Below, piece by piece: positions 11,544 through 24,585 of a stretch of 64,000 nucleotides of DNA. Below the pieces are notes generated by a model. The model saw nothing but the letters and a program-made list of their open reading frames with translations. It had not been told where the DNA came from and ran no database searches. Where the stretch lies: positions 65,413 through 129,412 of the forward strand of contig NMRA01000005.1 in assembly GCA_002633005.1 (NCBI GenBank). Direction: 5' to 3'. The position numbers were made by a program, and so were the translations under genes. Source of the DNA: Phoronis australis (lineage: Eukaryota; Animalia; Phoronida). Within the stretch, counting starts at the first letter, position 1. Every line of letters begins with the position of its first letter.

Positions 11544-12876
11544 AGGCGAAGGCAACCTTTTTTCATGTCATCTTTAGCAAAAATAAGATTTGTTGATTAT
11601 CCCAGACATATTTTTCACTTATTTACTGTTTTTCGTAATTTAATTAATTACTCGTCGTCTACTCCGGAAGTGACATTTTGGGAGGCAAGAATTTCGCGCC
11701 AATGTCTTTTCAGATAGTTTGACTGTGAGAGCAGTCGAGTCAGTCATTGTTTTACCTCGGTTGTGATAAGTTCGGTCGTCCTTTTCTTTTGCTTTCGAGT
11801 CAGTCAATATGCCACGCTGTTGCTGCGTACTGGGGTGTACTCATTATCGTCTCAGGTACAGAGGAAGAACTGTCCAACTTGCCCAAGTGTCCCGCGACAC
11901 ACTCCCACTGGAGGGTGATCTGAGCACCCAAACTGCTTACATCCCGCCGTGTGACTCCCTTGTCACACACCTGGCACCTTCCAAATAGCTCCAATACAAG
12001 TCCACAATAAACTTATCAAACTTAGGCTCACCGATCTGTTCATTGGATGACGAACTGTCCTCTTCACTGGTGTTGAACTGGGCCTGTATTCACTACCACT
12101 ACTCAACATCGCTGTAGGGCTGCATACAGGCTCTGCCGGGGCTAGAGACAACAACACAGGGCGAATCACTGCTAGTTCCCGGAATTGCACGCAATGGGGT
12201 ACGTTCGGAGGCACGGGTGACAGTAGATTAAGTGCCTTCAGTCACTGTATATAGTGGCCACAGCTCGCGAGGCTTCTCGCTTCAAAAACGCACTTCTCGG
12301 GGGTGGCGACGGGGCACTGCCGGGAATCAGCAGTGACGGTATGGTACCCTCTTTCAGGCGTTGTTTCCAGGGACCTTCATCAATTCAGCGTACATATCTG
12401 TCATAATCTGACTGCAGAAAATGCTTGCCACACACTCGGTAACCCTCCACTGCTTTGTACGTTGCGTAGACGGGTAGCGCTGCGTTCTTCACATGAACGA
12501 GCTACCCAAGTACGGCGAAGTGTGTCATCCTTCGGAAAGCGACGCAAGGTACCCAAAGCGCGTGTGAAATGATAATGAATACATCGCGGCATGCAGCAAC
12601 AGCATGACATGTCGACTGATTTGTAAACAAAAGCAAACGACGACCGAACTCATCACAACCGAGGTAGAACAATGACTGACTCGACAGCTCTCACAGTCAG
12701 AATATAATGAAAAGAAATTGGCACGAAACTCTTGCCTCCCAAAACGTCACTTCCGGAGTAGAGGACGAGAAATTAATCAAAATACAAAAAGCTGTAATTA
12801 AGTGAAAAATGTGTCTGGGATAATCAGCGAACCTTACTTTTGCTAAAAGTGACATGAGAAAAGGTTGTCTTTGCCT
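11544..12876 (-). mobile_element. Kolobok-like DNA transposon with ~250-bp TIRs and THAP-transposase N-terminal remnant
   Basis: TTAA on both sides (11540-11543, 12877-12880); termini AGGCGAAGGCAAC / GTTGTCTTTGCCT; long diverged TIRs; minus strand MSCCCCMPRC...FPKDDTLRRTW..(frameshift)..VCGKHFLQSDY...LKEGTIPSL, then ELFGRCQVC...ECVAGH. Confidence 0.8.
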
Positions 12877-13774
12877 TTAAGTTTTCCAAGTAGCGTCCCT
12901 AAGATTTTTCAGTTCCCATGGAGTCAGGAACACGGCAGGTTTAAGTACAAATCTGTGCTAGTACATCGTGCCATCTACATGTATGATCGGCAACATGAGA
13001 AAAATGTCTGGACGAACACACATGTTGTCACGTGACGGTTGTTTTAAAGTTGTCTGCGTTTGTGAGTAAGCGAGCGCGTGCGTGTCACCAGTTCATTTGC
13101 CAGAGCAGAGACTGTCTTTTGGCCAGAGCCACGCAATCTAACAGGCTAAATTTGCCTTGTATCTATTCTAAAGAAATTTGCACAAGCAGTAGGCCTAAAC
13201 CAGAGCGTGTTTCCGGCGCTTGCCGGTCTCGTGCTAAAAACGTTTGGCATTTGTCTCGGTAAGGCCATATTAGTCGCCATGTGGCTGGATGCGGCGTACG
13301 TGACTATCTGACAGTTATTTTTTCGGTGTAAGGTTGTGTAAGTATTCACTGTCTGGTCATTTTATCGGATATTTGGCTTAAAAACACCAATTATGGTTAA
13401 TCAAACAATTCATCTTAAAAATAACGCAAACATTTTTTATAGTATTGGAAACTGTCGGAAATTAGTGCCAGTATTCATTTCTTGCCGATGCTATGCTATC
13501 CAATTCGTGAAGGGATAGTTCCCGACTAACGTCTTTGATGACAGGTTCATTTATGTAGCGCACGCTTCCTGGCCACGTGCTTTTAACACTGGCCAAGCTT
13601 TTTATTAGTCTTCGAATCGCGGTTTTCACGTGTAGGCCTACAAAGAAATTTGGATTCCTGTTGAAAGCGGGCAATATCTACAAAGCAATCCCGTAGACAA
13701 GTACACTCTTTCTGTTCTGAAAGACCAAACCATTGGTCCTCACAATATCAGCAGAGCTTTTCTTCTTTTGGCAT

Positions 13775-14014
13775 GCCACGTTCGACACGCTATCGCCACG
13801 TTTTACACGCTTATCGCCACGTTTGACACGCAAAGCGTGTCAAACGTGGAGTATTGGAAGGAAAATTACACGTTTTTGACACGTTCTTGACACGTTTGAC
13901 ACGCTACATTTTACACGTTTGACACGCCACGTTTTACACGTTCGACACGTTTTTAGGGCGTTCCAATACTCCACGTTTTTAGAGCGTGTCAGACGTGTCA
14001 AATTCTCACCCGGG
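13775..14014. repeat. Palindromic short-repeat cluster (ACACGTTTGACACG) inside the Sola2-like element
   Basis: Many CACGTTT(T/G)ACACG units, plus the inverted pair ACGTGGAGTATTGGAA / TTCCAATACTCCACGT; resembles the sub-terminal region of another DNA element ending in CCCGGG. Confidence 0.55.
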
Positions 14015-14784
14015 AAGTTAGAAAGGCTTTTTGTTAAAATAAATTTTTGCAAAGATATATTGGGCAAAATTCAAGCAATTATTTTTAGAATGAATTTGTT
14101 CTATGTTTGCATAACTCTTAAGAATTTATTTTAAGAACTGGATTAACTGTCAGGTGCTATAAAATTGCATTATCATGGGTGTGATGGACGTACGTGACGA
14201 ATGTACAAATTTAATGTACATCTGTAATGCATTTTCTACGGTCCCAAATAATGCTAAGAGTTAGAAATTTTGCTCAACAGTACATAATAAGTCACAAGAA
14301 AATCTAAAGTTATTTTAAAATCAACCAAAAACTTTTTACATAATTCAACTTTTTTGCACTTTCTTGTGACGGACGTACAGTGCTTTGAAATCCTGGAACT
14401 GACCTTTGACCGTGGAAAGACGTTAATATTTGACAAGTCAAATGAAAATTTTTAGATTACTTAACCTTTTTGTGGTCGCACAAAATCAGTTATATTGTTC
14501 AATTCTAATTATTCACTTGTCAGTAACAAGAATTCAAGATACACACAAAAATCAAGATAAATTTTAGAGGTCAAGTGACCCCCAAAACTACAGGTGTGTC
14601 GCCAAAAAATTATTTTTTTTTGAATATTCAAATATTGTTCCTGAAACTAGACTGGTTCCCCTTTCAGATGAGATCAAAATCATAAAGATAGCTACAATTT
14701 TGATTTTTTGTCTCGAGGTTGACCTTTTCACGGAACTGCCCTTGTGCAGAGGAGTAATTTGTTGAATTGTTATATTTCATAAAG

Positions 14785-14908
14785 GCATGCGGACCGTTAT
14801 GTCCTTTTCGACAAAGACTAGCCTACACTGTACCTCAGTTTACTTCTATGCACAGTGTTGGCCCTCTACAGATGATTAGTGAAGATGAACGGATGATGAG
14901 AGATTCTG
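14785..14908 (+). CDS. ACADSB: ACADSB-like exon (transit-peptide region and start of mature protein)
   Basis: aag|GCATGC acceptor, TCTG|gtaagt donor; encodes ACGPLCPFRQRLAYTVPQFTSMHSVGPLQMISEDERMMRDS, resembling the ACADSB N-terminal PLQxxxxxExMx motif; phase 1 joins the next exon in frame. Confidence 0.85.
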
Positions 14909-16013
14909 GTAAGTTTGAGTCATGCACATTTGGAGGGCAGTGGGTTCATTTAATATCACATGCACTTTAATTTTCGCAAAGTTACTAGTTCAAGTCTGAG
15001 CTTGAATTTTGAGTTTTCAGTCGCAAAATTTTGAGTTTTTACTCTAGTTGTAGCCCAAACCTAGGGGTCATCAAAAGGGAACTTTGACTAGCCACTCATC
15101 CGCGTAAGACATAACAAACTCTAGCAGAGAAAAACAGACATCATGAATGCAAAGATTAGACCCTGGGCCTTGATCTCATTTTTGTTTGTGGACTGCTGTG
15201 TATTGTAATTTGCTACAGCTGAAAATTGTAACAAGGTTAATGTTGAGTACCAGTTGATTGAAAATTGGCTTTAAATTATGTTAGCAATAGCTACAGTGTT
15301 CTCACCAGGCTCTTTGTGAGCTACTACTCTCAAATTTTAGCCCCGTACATTGTTCACCTTAGTGTCACTGCACTCTGCCAAACTGTGATCTCAAAAAATT
15401 TTAGCCAAAACCCCAGAATTTTGTGGTCTCCTCTTCTGGACTTAGCTGAACACTGCAGTTGACAGTGTTACACTGTTTACCCTGTGCTAAATTTAATCTG
15501 ATGAGAATCCTGGACTGTATTTTTTATTTTTTCATCTATGATCTTCATGTGTGTCATGTATTGTTGAACCAAAATTTCGGAGCTGTCTTGGACCATCCTT
15601 ACATTGATAGCAAGACAAGGTTGTCAATAACACTGACTAAATTTGATTTAATGTAAACGTTCAAGATGAAATGTTTAACCTTTGTTACAGTTTTCTAAGT
15701 GATCATTTTGTTTTGGTTTTATGCTTGAAAATCATTAAAGTATCTAAATCTTTTTTTTTAGTCCAATCAGCCATTTTTAAGATACGATGTTCCGAATGAA
15801 GCCAAATTTTGTCATTTTGCTAGGGTCCTACTTACCCTTAAGTACAAGTTAACTCACAATAAGTATTAGTGACCACACTGGGTAACAACCAGTTGAATGG
15901 TAGTAAATAATTGTTTCCTTTGCTCACTAGCTAGTTTACATACAGTAGTTAATTAGTGAACTTCGAATGGGTGCAATGCAAACTATTGTTGATTCCAAGT
16001 GTCTGTATTATAG

Positions 16014-16114
16014 TTGCCAAGTTGGCTGCAGACAGGATCGCTCCATATGTGCGAGAGATGGATGAAAAATCAGAAATGTATCGCCATGTTCTTGACGCAG
16101 TATTTGAGGGCGGG
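16014..16114 (+). CDS. ACADSB: ACADSB-like exon
   Basis: tag|TTGCC ... GGG|gtaggt; encodes VAKLAADRIAPYVREMDEKSEMYRHVLDAVFEGG. Confidence 0.92.
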
Positions 16115-16333
16115 GTAGGTTTCACTTACACCTTGCTGAATTGTGGTGGTGAGAGGAATGCGTTTTTTCTTTTCCTGTTTCACAAAACCTGGCTTAAAAT
16201 TTGTTTCATTTGTGTGTTATTGATACTTTAAAGGTTAAAGAAAGTTGCCCCTTACTAACGAAGGTAGTCTATTACCTTAAGGAAGGTTAAATATAATTTC
16301 ATTTTATTTCTCAATGTGTAATTCCCATTTCAG

Positions 16334-16540
16334 CTGATGGGTGTTGAGATTGGTGAGGAGTATGGTGGCGCTCATTCGTCATTCTTTTCCTCCATTCTGG
16401 TCATTGAGGAGCTAGCCAAAGTTGACCCAGCGGTCAGCATTATGTGTGATATTCAGAACACGCTGAATAACGCTTTAATACAACAGCTGGGTACAGAGGA
16501 GCAGAAGAAGAAATATCTTCCTAGACTAGCAACTAATCTG
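16334..16540 (+). CDS. ACADSB: ACADSB-like exon
   Basis: cag|CTGATG ... CTG|gtaata; encodes [12 protein letters not shown]...[21 protein letters not shown]...[17 protein letters not shown], the acyl-CoA dehydrogenase N-terminal domain. Confidence 0.95.
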
Positions 16541-16799
16541 GTAATACTGAAGTTATAGCCACAGGGATCCAGCATTTTGAGAACCAGTTCACTCCCCTGA
16601 ATAATGGACATTACGCTGGTTCTCGAAATTCAATACCCCTGTAAATGACTACTGCCAGAGTACCAGACATTTCAACGCATAGGTCTAGTATTTTAGGGCA
16701 ATAGTCACTAATAATTGCAATCGGTCTGATACACGCAGACCGTGTACGTGGTCCCATTGCACTGATCACCCGGAACCATTTTTATGCTTTGTTAACATA

Positions 16800-16926
16800 T
16801 GGTTAGAACCGAGCTGAGGAGCTAGAATCCTGACTTGAGGGTTTAGCAGTGTGACCCAGTGGGACTCAAACCCACGACCTCGAGTTAAGAAAGCAGGCAC
16901 CTATCACACTAAGCCACACTGCCTCC
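16800..16926 (-). mobile_element. tRNA-derived SINE fragment
   Basis: Reverse strand GGAGGCAGTGTGGCTTAGTGTGATAGG...GTGGGTTTGAGTCCCACTGG shows A-box and B-box-like motifs; related copy at 21715-21828. Confidence 0.7.
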
Positions 16927-18047
16927 TCCAATAATTACTTACAGGGTAACCTAGATTTTGAGAACCAGTTTGATGCCTGTTATTTAGTGGAAAAAAAAAA
17001 AACGGGTTCTCGAAGTGTGGCATCCCTGTCAGTGGTTATTACTGTGTGTGGTTCTGCACATTGCATTAAAGTAATGCGATTGTGTGCATGTTAGTGCAAG
17101 TTCATTCAGCATATCTAATGCCATCTTGTCTGATGAGACCTGTGGAGTGTGTGAAATGTCAGACTTGTACACTAATGTTGAGAATTCTTCAGCATTTGAT
17201 CTATCTCATTCAAGACACAGAAAATGTGTTATGAATAATCTTGCTTTCGTATTAGAGACTGTCAATTATGTTATTAAGAACGAATCAATGAAAAGTTGAA
17301 GCATTTGTCTCACATACACAAGAAATTTTAGGAAATTAATAAATCTGCTTATTTTTGCTATTCTTTCATTTTTGGCAAAATTACAGACAACTTAAAAAAT
17401 TTAAGACCATGCTTGAGTAGGGTTCTGAAATGCTAAGACCTTGCTAAAAAACAAGACTTTGCAAGATTTCGTGAGATATTGCTGTGTATTTTAAATGAGA
17501 ACATGTGATTTTGGCTAGATTTAAGCGAAGTCCTAGCATTGCTGAACTCTACCCTGAACTTAAGAAATAAAGTTTCTGATTATTCCAAGTTCAAGATTGT
17601 TCGTGTTCTCCCAACGTAATGCATAGAACTGAAGCACCGACTAGAACGTGTAGATCATTTCTCTGTGTGCCCTTTTGATGTTAAGTTACGTAATTTGCCT
17701 GATCTGAAGTTGTGTGGGCTACAGTACAAGGCAAAAGTAATCGGACAATATTCTGTTTTCCCCGTCAAGACGGCTTATTCTGTTAACAGGAAAAATGACT
17801 ACTAATTACTATGATGATAGCAAAATTCTAATTACATAATGGCATGGCCACCTTGCTAACTTTGTTGTTAATTCATTCTCGTTCATCAGGGGAGACTACT
17901 CTGACAGTGAATTTTTCTTCCGTCCAGCGGCCATGACAGGAAGTTACTGTTCATTTTGTCTAAATACTTTTGCTTTGTACTGTATCTTACATTATTTTGG
18001 TTTTTTTTGGCTGCATTCATTCAGCAACTCAGTTTATCTGGTTGCAG

Positions 18048-18218
18048 ATTAGTTCGTTCTGTCTGTCAGAAACCAGTTCAGGGAGCGACGCTTTTGCACT
18101 CAAGACCACAGCCAGAAAAGATGGTGGCGACTATATCATTAATGGGTCCAAAATGTGGATTTCTAACTCTGCAGAAGCTGGGCTCTATCTGGTATTTGCT
18201 AATGCTAGACCAGAAGAT
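18048..18218 (+). CDS. ACADSB: ACADSB-like exon
   Basis: cag|ATTAGT ... GAT|gtaagt; encodes [57 protein letters not shown], containing the FCLSExxxGSD and NGSKMWISN signatures. Confidence 0.95.
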
Positions 18219-19464
18219 GTAAGTTTTCAATTTGTTGGCAACAAAATTATACTTGCTTTAATTCCGAGTATTTGTTGTTGATAAAGATATGAAATAGTTG
18301 TATTTGTGTAAAACGTTGAAAATAGAAGGAGAGTAACGTGGTACTATATGAGGAGTTAGACAACAGCTGCCATGATTTCGGGCACAGCTGTTTCATAAGA
18401 CGCACGCCATAATGAACAGTAAGCTGAATGTACTTCAGGCAAAGGTAAGCACAGTCTACCTACAAAAATAGACAATGACAAGGCTGCGTAGGCAATGTAA
18501 ATAACATGACCGATGTCTGACTGGTGAGACCTCTATGAACAACTGATCGTAGCAAGCTGCATATACACCTTGTTTGTTTTTACTGACTCAGTGCTGTAAG
18601 CAATCTGTTCACAGAGGTCGTTTTGAGGAAATAATGACTATAGTAACTTACAGGGTTCCTGGACTTACGGAACCAGATTGATTCATGTTATTCAGTGGAG
18701 AAACTGGTCCTCAAAATGCAAGCCCCTATAATCGACTATTGCCAAATAACCTTTGAAATTTGCAGTGTAAAATTCCGTGAGCAGGTGTATCTTTCCATCA
18801 AAATAGACGAACCACAAGTAACATTTTTCGTAAACTCTGCTTTTCAATTTTAAATCAATATCCGTGCCCACTTTTTAGCTGTGGCAACATCTGAAAGTTA
18901 TGGGTCTCGCACGACTTCTTTTAAATGTGGCCACCAATCCTGTGGTTTTTTAGTGCAACACAACTGTAAACAACACATTGCAAAGAAGTGTCCCAGGAAA
19001 ATAAAGAAGTAGCCCATGGTCAAAGTTTTTTTTTTTCAAAATCTCTGATCACAGCACTAGCTAATAAACATTATCTGTCACAACAGTGTTTTCTGCAGCT
19101 TGATGTTTTGAAAAACATTTTTCTGAATGACGTTCTTGTTTCTAGAAGGTCGTGATGGTTGCGTAATATGATCCTCCTGACTCAGTTTGTTAGCGGTTTT
19201 TTGCTGCATTTTTAGGTAAAGTCTCTTCCTAAAGACTGTGGTTTTGTAACCTCAATTTGTTCGAAACAAATATATTAAGATTTTTTGAAATCGTTACAAA
19301 CACACGGAAGTACACAAAAGCAGTCAAATATTGGAAAGTCAATATTAAAACAAACTAATATTCAATGATTGATGTTTATATGGCCTTTAAGTTTTTCATT
19401 GAAGAATTTCATTTGATATTGTTATGCAAAAGATAAAGGAATGATATCTTTCTTTCTATTATAG

Positions 19465-19590
19465 GGATATAGAGGAATCACATGCTTCCTGGTGGATCGG
19501 GACACACCAGGGTTGAGTATTGGCAAGAAGGAAGACAAATTGGGAATACGTGCTTCAAGCACATGTCCGGTCATCTTTGAAGACGTTCGA
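19465..19590 (+). CDS. ACADSB: ACADSB-like exon
   Basis: tag|GGATAT ... CGA|gtaagt; encodes [42 protein letters not shown]. Confidence 0.95.
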
Positions 19591-20842
19591 GTAAGTGGCT
19601 GTATTGTCTTCCTTGGAGAAGAACAGTTAAAGGAATGTTGGAAGATACAGCTTTTTACAAAAGGGGAGGTCCAGGTAGAACTATAGGTTTCTGAAGAATG
19701 TTATTTATCACAAACAACGAACAGAAAACTGGTAATGAAGTTTAGTGTCGCGAACATTATGCCTTGCAGTGTATAGATTGAAAAAGTTGAAATCGTGAAT
19801 TTTCCTGTAGTATTTGTTTGATGCTTCGGCTGAAATGGACGAGGGTCTGGGTCCCGTAGACCTCTCCCCTGGATCTGCATATGTGTTGCTGGAGCAGTCC
19901 ACGTGAAGTGCTAGTTAGTGGTAAAGTAAAGTAAGACGCCTGCTTTTATTCTCATATTTTATTTCCTAACTCAGAGACTGACAAACTTGTTCTTTTAGTA
20001 TGTTAATATTTTAAGCCATTTCAACTCGTGCTAATTTTCTGTTATTGTCATTTCTCACTTGATTGTTGCCCTTGTTATGTAGGTTTAATGTCCAGCGTAA
20101 AATGAGCTAACTGCCTTTTAGACAGTAAATACGTGTACTTTCGTGCAACGTATCTTTGTGTGGTTTTATTTCAGTGAACCACAAATTATTTACAATGAAT
20201 TTGATGCCCCACATATGTGATCCCATCGGAACCTCTCCCCCTCATCTTCTTGACCAAACAGTGCCGACTAGTATATTGATATCATCTTTGTAAGACGGCA
20301 CATTTCCACACTAGCCTGAACAGCTGATACCTGGTTGGGACAGTAAAAAATTAAATACTTTGCTCAAGGAATGTCACCAATCAGAAACGTCGCCGACTTC
20401 AGGCATGAGTGAATTCATGTTCAATTATTAACAAACCATGGGCAATTAGAAGCGATATTGCATAATGAAATGTGTTTACGGAGAAAGAATTAGAGCTCCT
20501 TTTGAATAGAACTGTGTTCATGTCAAAAAAGAATTGTTAATGAGAATGGCCTCAGCTGAAGAGGGTGAAGGGGGGGGGGTGTCACAGTTGATGCAGGTAA
20601 CATTATTGATTTCCAAGTGGGTCATGTCAGAATATTGTGTATCACACACATGTCACCAATCCAGCTGCTCATCACCAAGACTACCCTGGGTTACTGGTCA
20701 CCAACAGTTCTTCTTAAATAATGGTTCATGGATGAAAAAAGTGCCGCCTTACTATTCAGGAAAGAAAACCTACTCTCCTCAAAACCATCTATAATGATGT
20801 CTGGTAGTCATGCTTTCTTCACTTTTCTAATTTCTATCTCAG

Positions 20843-20935
20843 GTACCTGCTAGTAGTGTTCTGGGAGAAGAGGGTTATGGGTACAAGTATGCGATAGGTG
20901 TATTGAACGAGGGTCGTATAGGCATAGCTGCACAG
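20843..20935 (+). CDS. ACADSB: ACADSB-like exon
   Basis: cag|GTACCT ... CAG|gtgag; encodes [31 protein letters not shown]. Confidence 0.95.
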
Positions 20936-21313
20936 GTGAGTAGACTCAGTGTCCCTTTTGCATTACTAGCTACTTGTGTAACCCATCAAGTTAAACTGTA
21001 GTGGTTTCCACAACTGTTGTTGTAAAGTGGGTAATAGTCACTTAAAAAGGGTCCCGCATTTTTCTGTACTGAATAACAGGCGTCAAACTGGTTCTCAGAA
21101 TCCGGGACCCTCCTAAGTGGTGATAGCTGTATAATGAATCTCAATCACGGCATGTGTTAAACTGTCTTGTTTTATTCAGCTATTTTTCTGTTATTTAGCT
21201 GCTTTGAATTAAAAATAGGCAGATTATTTTCATACTAAAACATAGGTTATCCCTGTGAATCAGTGCTACTGTACCTGCAGTTCAGTCTTCAACCCAAATG
21301 TATTATTTTACAG

Positions 21314-21403
21314 ATGTTGGGCTTATCCATTGGATGTCTCAACAATACCATACCTTATCTTAAAGACAGGACACAATTTGGGAAAAGACTGATGGACTTC
21401 CAG
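21314..21403 (+). CDS. ACADSB: ACADSB-like exon
   Basis: cag|ATGTTG ... CAG|gttagt; encodes [30 protein letters not shown]. Confidence 0.95.
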
Positions 21404-21714
21404 GTTAGTGCTCCAATGTGGTGAATGAATTCATGTTCATGCGGATACTTGGTGAGGTGGCCTGAATCGACCCTGCATAACACTGTAGCATGCAGAATTC
21501 TCTTTCTGACTCGGTAGGTATTCATCAAGTTTTTGATGAGGGTATATTGCAGAAAAATTGAAATGTCATACTGTAGTCATTTTTACCCACTATGTAAAAA
21601 AGCAAAAAAAATCAAAAAATAATTGCAGGTGGTCTGGTACACGACATGTGCAGGCCGCACAGGTGGGCCCATGGCACTTATCACCTGAAAGCATTGTATG
21701 CTTTATATAATCAG

Positions 21715-21828
21715 TTAAAACCGAGCTGGGGAAGACCTGACTCAAGGGTTTAGCACTGTGTCCCAGTGGGACTGGAACCCACAACCTTCAGTTTGTGTAC
21801 ACTTATCGCACTAGGCCACACTGCCTCC
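21715..21828 (-). mobile_element. tRNA-derived SINE fragment (same family)
   Basis: Shares AACCGAGCTG...CCTGACT...AGGGTTTAGCA...CCCAGTGGGACT...AACCCAC...GCCACACTGCCTCC with 16800-16926. Confidence 0.7.
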
Positions 21829-21929
21829 TCTTGTTCCAATGGATTTTCTGATGGGTGTAGAGAGGGTACTGCTGATATCTTGTAGTGCTATAGAGCGTAC
21901 AATAGGGTTATACAATGTACTTCTCAGGG

Positions 21930-22385
21930 CCCGTGACCACCGAATTTTACTCTGACCTTAAAGTTACTCAGAAACTTTTCTCAAAACTATACTTAGTTAT
22001 AAGTAATACTTGAAAAATGGCAACCACCAACCTTTACTAAAGTCCGTTCAAGATGTACTCAGACTCAGTAACTGTACTGTCCAGTCAGTGACTTGAATGT
22101 TCCAGTAATTAAAGTAGGTGTGATAAAGGTTATTTTGAATTTTTCAAATAAAAAAGTGTAGTGAATGTACTTTGTAAATAAAGTTTAGTTTGTTGATATT
22201 GTTTGCAGTTTTAGTACTAAGTATACTCTAAGTGTGTATTGAGGCAACAAATTGTGTACTGAAGGCTTCAAATAAATTGTGTTGATTGAGTATGCTTTGG
22301 TGGTTTGTGAAGCAAGAGAAATTTCTGAATAATTTCTTAATTTTTGAGTAAGCTAGCGGATCAGGTAAACTTTGGGGATCACAGA
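21930..22385. mobile_element. Old MITE-like inverted-repeat element
   Basis: Diverged inverted ends CCGTGACCACCGAATTTTACTCTGACC and ATCAGGTAAACTTTGGGGATCACAG. Confidence 0.4.
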
Positions 22386-22866
22386 ATTTCTGTCAGATTT
22401 AGGTAGGGTGTACGGCTGCGGGATTCTTTCCCCAGGCAGTACAAATAGTTTTTCTTTCCAGAACATTTGACCCTGTCGTAACATAATGTACAGTAATCAG
22501 CTATTCTTTAAAGTGAGAACTAAGGAAGCATTTAAAAATACTGCCATTGTACACAAAGTAATGTACAAAAGTCACGCCATAAATGTTCACACTAAGGTAG
22601 AAAGCCAGCTAGCCGTATGAAGACTATCATCAACTTACAGCTAGGTAGCTGTGTGTGGAGCTCCATTAGACACCGAAACTTTGCACAACCCGGGTAGCTG
22701 AGCTGGCCACCTCGTCGTGAAACTTATACCAACATGTGGAGCTAACGACCTGCAGGGTTGCATGCAGAATCTTTGGGAATCAGCTGGTACTCACCTTGCC
22801 CGTTACAGCCGTTTAAGTGAAAAAACAATCTAATAAACATCATTTTTGCACAATTCTCTGCCTTTT

Positions 22867-24585
22867 TATGCGCCCACATATTTACATGTGGGTGCATATT
22901 GCCGTCATCTCTGTCTGGGTGTCCGGCATCCGCATCTCCTAAACCCCGTGCAGGATCTTATTGAAATTTGGCAGGTGTGTTCCTATGGGGTTCACAACAG
23001 AGGGCGAAGAGTTTCGGACTAACCCGAATACCGCTGTGCCCTCTAGTGGCAATTTTAGTTTTTTATGTTTGCCTCTGTATCTTCAAGGGTCCTCAACCGA
23101 TTTTCGTGAAATTTGGCACATAGGCATCTATTAATGAGATGATGCTATCCTCCCATTTCTGGATAGATTCGAGGCATTTTGCGCTTTCTAGTGGCCATTT
23201 TTACTATTTTCAAGTACGTTTTGTGGCGTCCGCCCCTCTGTCAACCAAACCACTCTAAGGATGATTGTGAAAATTGGTATGTACTTACTATGAAGAGGAC
23301 GGTTTACGATGATTTTCCGACAACTTCGACTACTGTGGTGTCTCTTAGTGGCAGTTTTGTTTGTTTTTGTGCCCATGGCTATATCTCCTAAATGCTCAAC
23401 AGGATCTTTCTTAAATGTAGCAATGTGTTAACATGAATTTGACAACAGACGACGGCAACTTTCGGACAGATCGGACTACAGGTGTGCCCCGTAGTGGCAA
23501 TTATATTTTTTACATTTACCTCTGTATATTCAAAGATCCTTGAAGGATTTCTGTAAAATTTGACACATAGGCATCTATTACTGAGGTGACGCTAGCCTCC
23601 CGTTTTCGGATGGATTTGAGGTATTTTGCGCCACTGAGTGGCCATTTTTACTATTTTCGCGTCTTTTTTGCGTCCATCCCTTCAACAGAACCAGTCTAGG
23701 GATGATTGTGAAAATTGGCATATATGTTGTTACTATGAAGAGGAGGGTTGACGGTGGTTTTCTGATGACTTCGAATAATGTGGCACCTCCTAGTGGCAGT
23801 TTTGTTTGTTTTTGCGCCCATGGCTGTATCTCCTAAACGCTCTACAGGATTTTTAGTAAATGTAGCAAATGTGTTTATGAAGTTAACAATGGAAGACAAT
23901 GAGTTTAAGACGGGTCCGACTAACACTGCCCCCTAGTGGCAATTTCATTTCTTCTCTTTTCCTCTGTTTCTTTGAAGTTCCTCGGCAAATTTTCATTTGT
24001 TAAATAGCTTTCTTTTAAAGAAATGGTGAAATTTTCCAGTTTTCAGATGGATTCGACATATTTTGTGCCATCTAGTGGCCATTTTTACTGCTTTTTAGTC
24101 GGTTTTTGCCGTCCGCGCTCTATAAACCAAATTGTTCTTAGGATGATTGTAAAAATTAGTTTATATATTGGTAGTGTGAAGAGAACGGTTGACGATGATT
24201 TTCCGGCTTCAACTACTGTGTCGCCTCCCAGTGACAGCTTTTGCGCCCTTAGCTGTATCTCTCAAGCCCTCTGCAGAATGTTTATATTAAATTTAGCAAG
24301 TGTATTTATGTGATGTCGAAAACGGAAGACGACAACTTTCAGATGGATCAAATGAACCTTTGTCCCCTAGTGGCAATTTCAGTTTTTCCATTTTTATAAA
24401 GTTTCTTGATAGATTTTCATGAAATGTGGGAAATAGCTGACATAGGTGACATTTTCCAGTTTTTTGATAGATTCGAAATATTTTGCACCATCTAGTGGCC
24501 ATTTTTCTGATACAGATAAACACCCTAGAAGCACACCATTTGCAGTGCATTTGTGGGCGCATTTCAACACTTCGCTTTTCTCTTG
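22867..24585 (+). mobile_element. HINE-like element family 1, copy 2 (in an ACADSB intron)
   Basis: Same termini (ATGCGCCCACA at 22868, TGTGGGCGCAT at 24552, end CTCTTG) with about 11 internal subunits. Confidence 0.78.

Larger units (their letters stand above)
7131..14741 (-). mobile_element. Sola2-like DNA transposon (internally deleted, with nested insertions)
   Basis: Termini GGGCAATTCC (7131) and GGAACTGCCC (14741), both flanked by TTGT (4-bp duplication); shared sub-terminal motif TGTGACGGACGTAC near 7307, 7503, 14180 and 14366; transposase remnants on the minus strand. Confidence 0.75.

Noticed and set aside
11432-14014. Additional CCC...GGG element enclosing the Kolobok-like insertion
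   Set aside because: The ends CCCAGGGATAAAA and TTCTCACCCGGG match only weakly and no target duplication is evident.
16800-16926. tRNA gene
   Set aside because: Degenerate boxes, no convincing cloverleaf, and a shared non-tRNA body with a second copy indicate a SINE.
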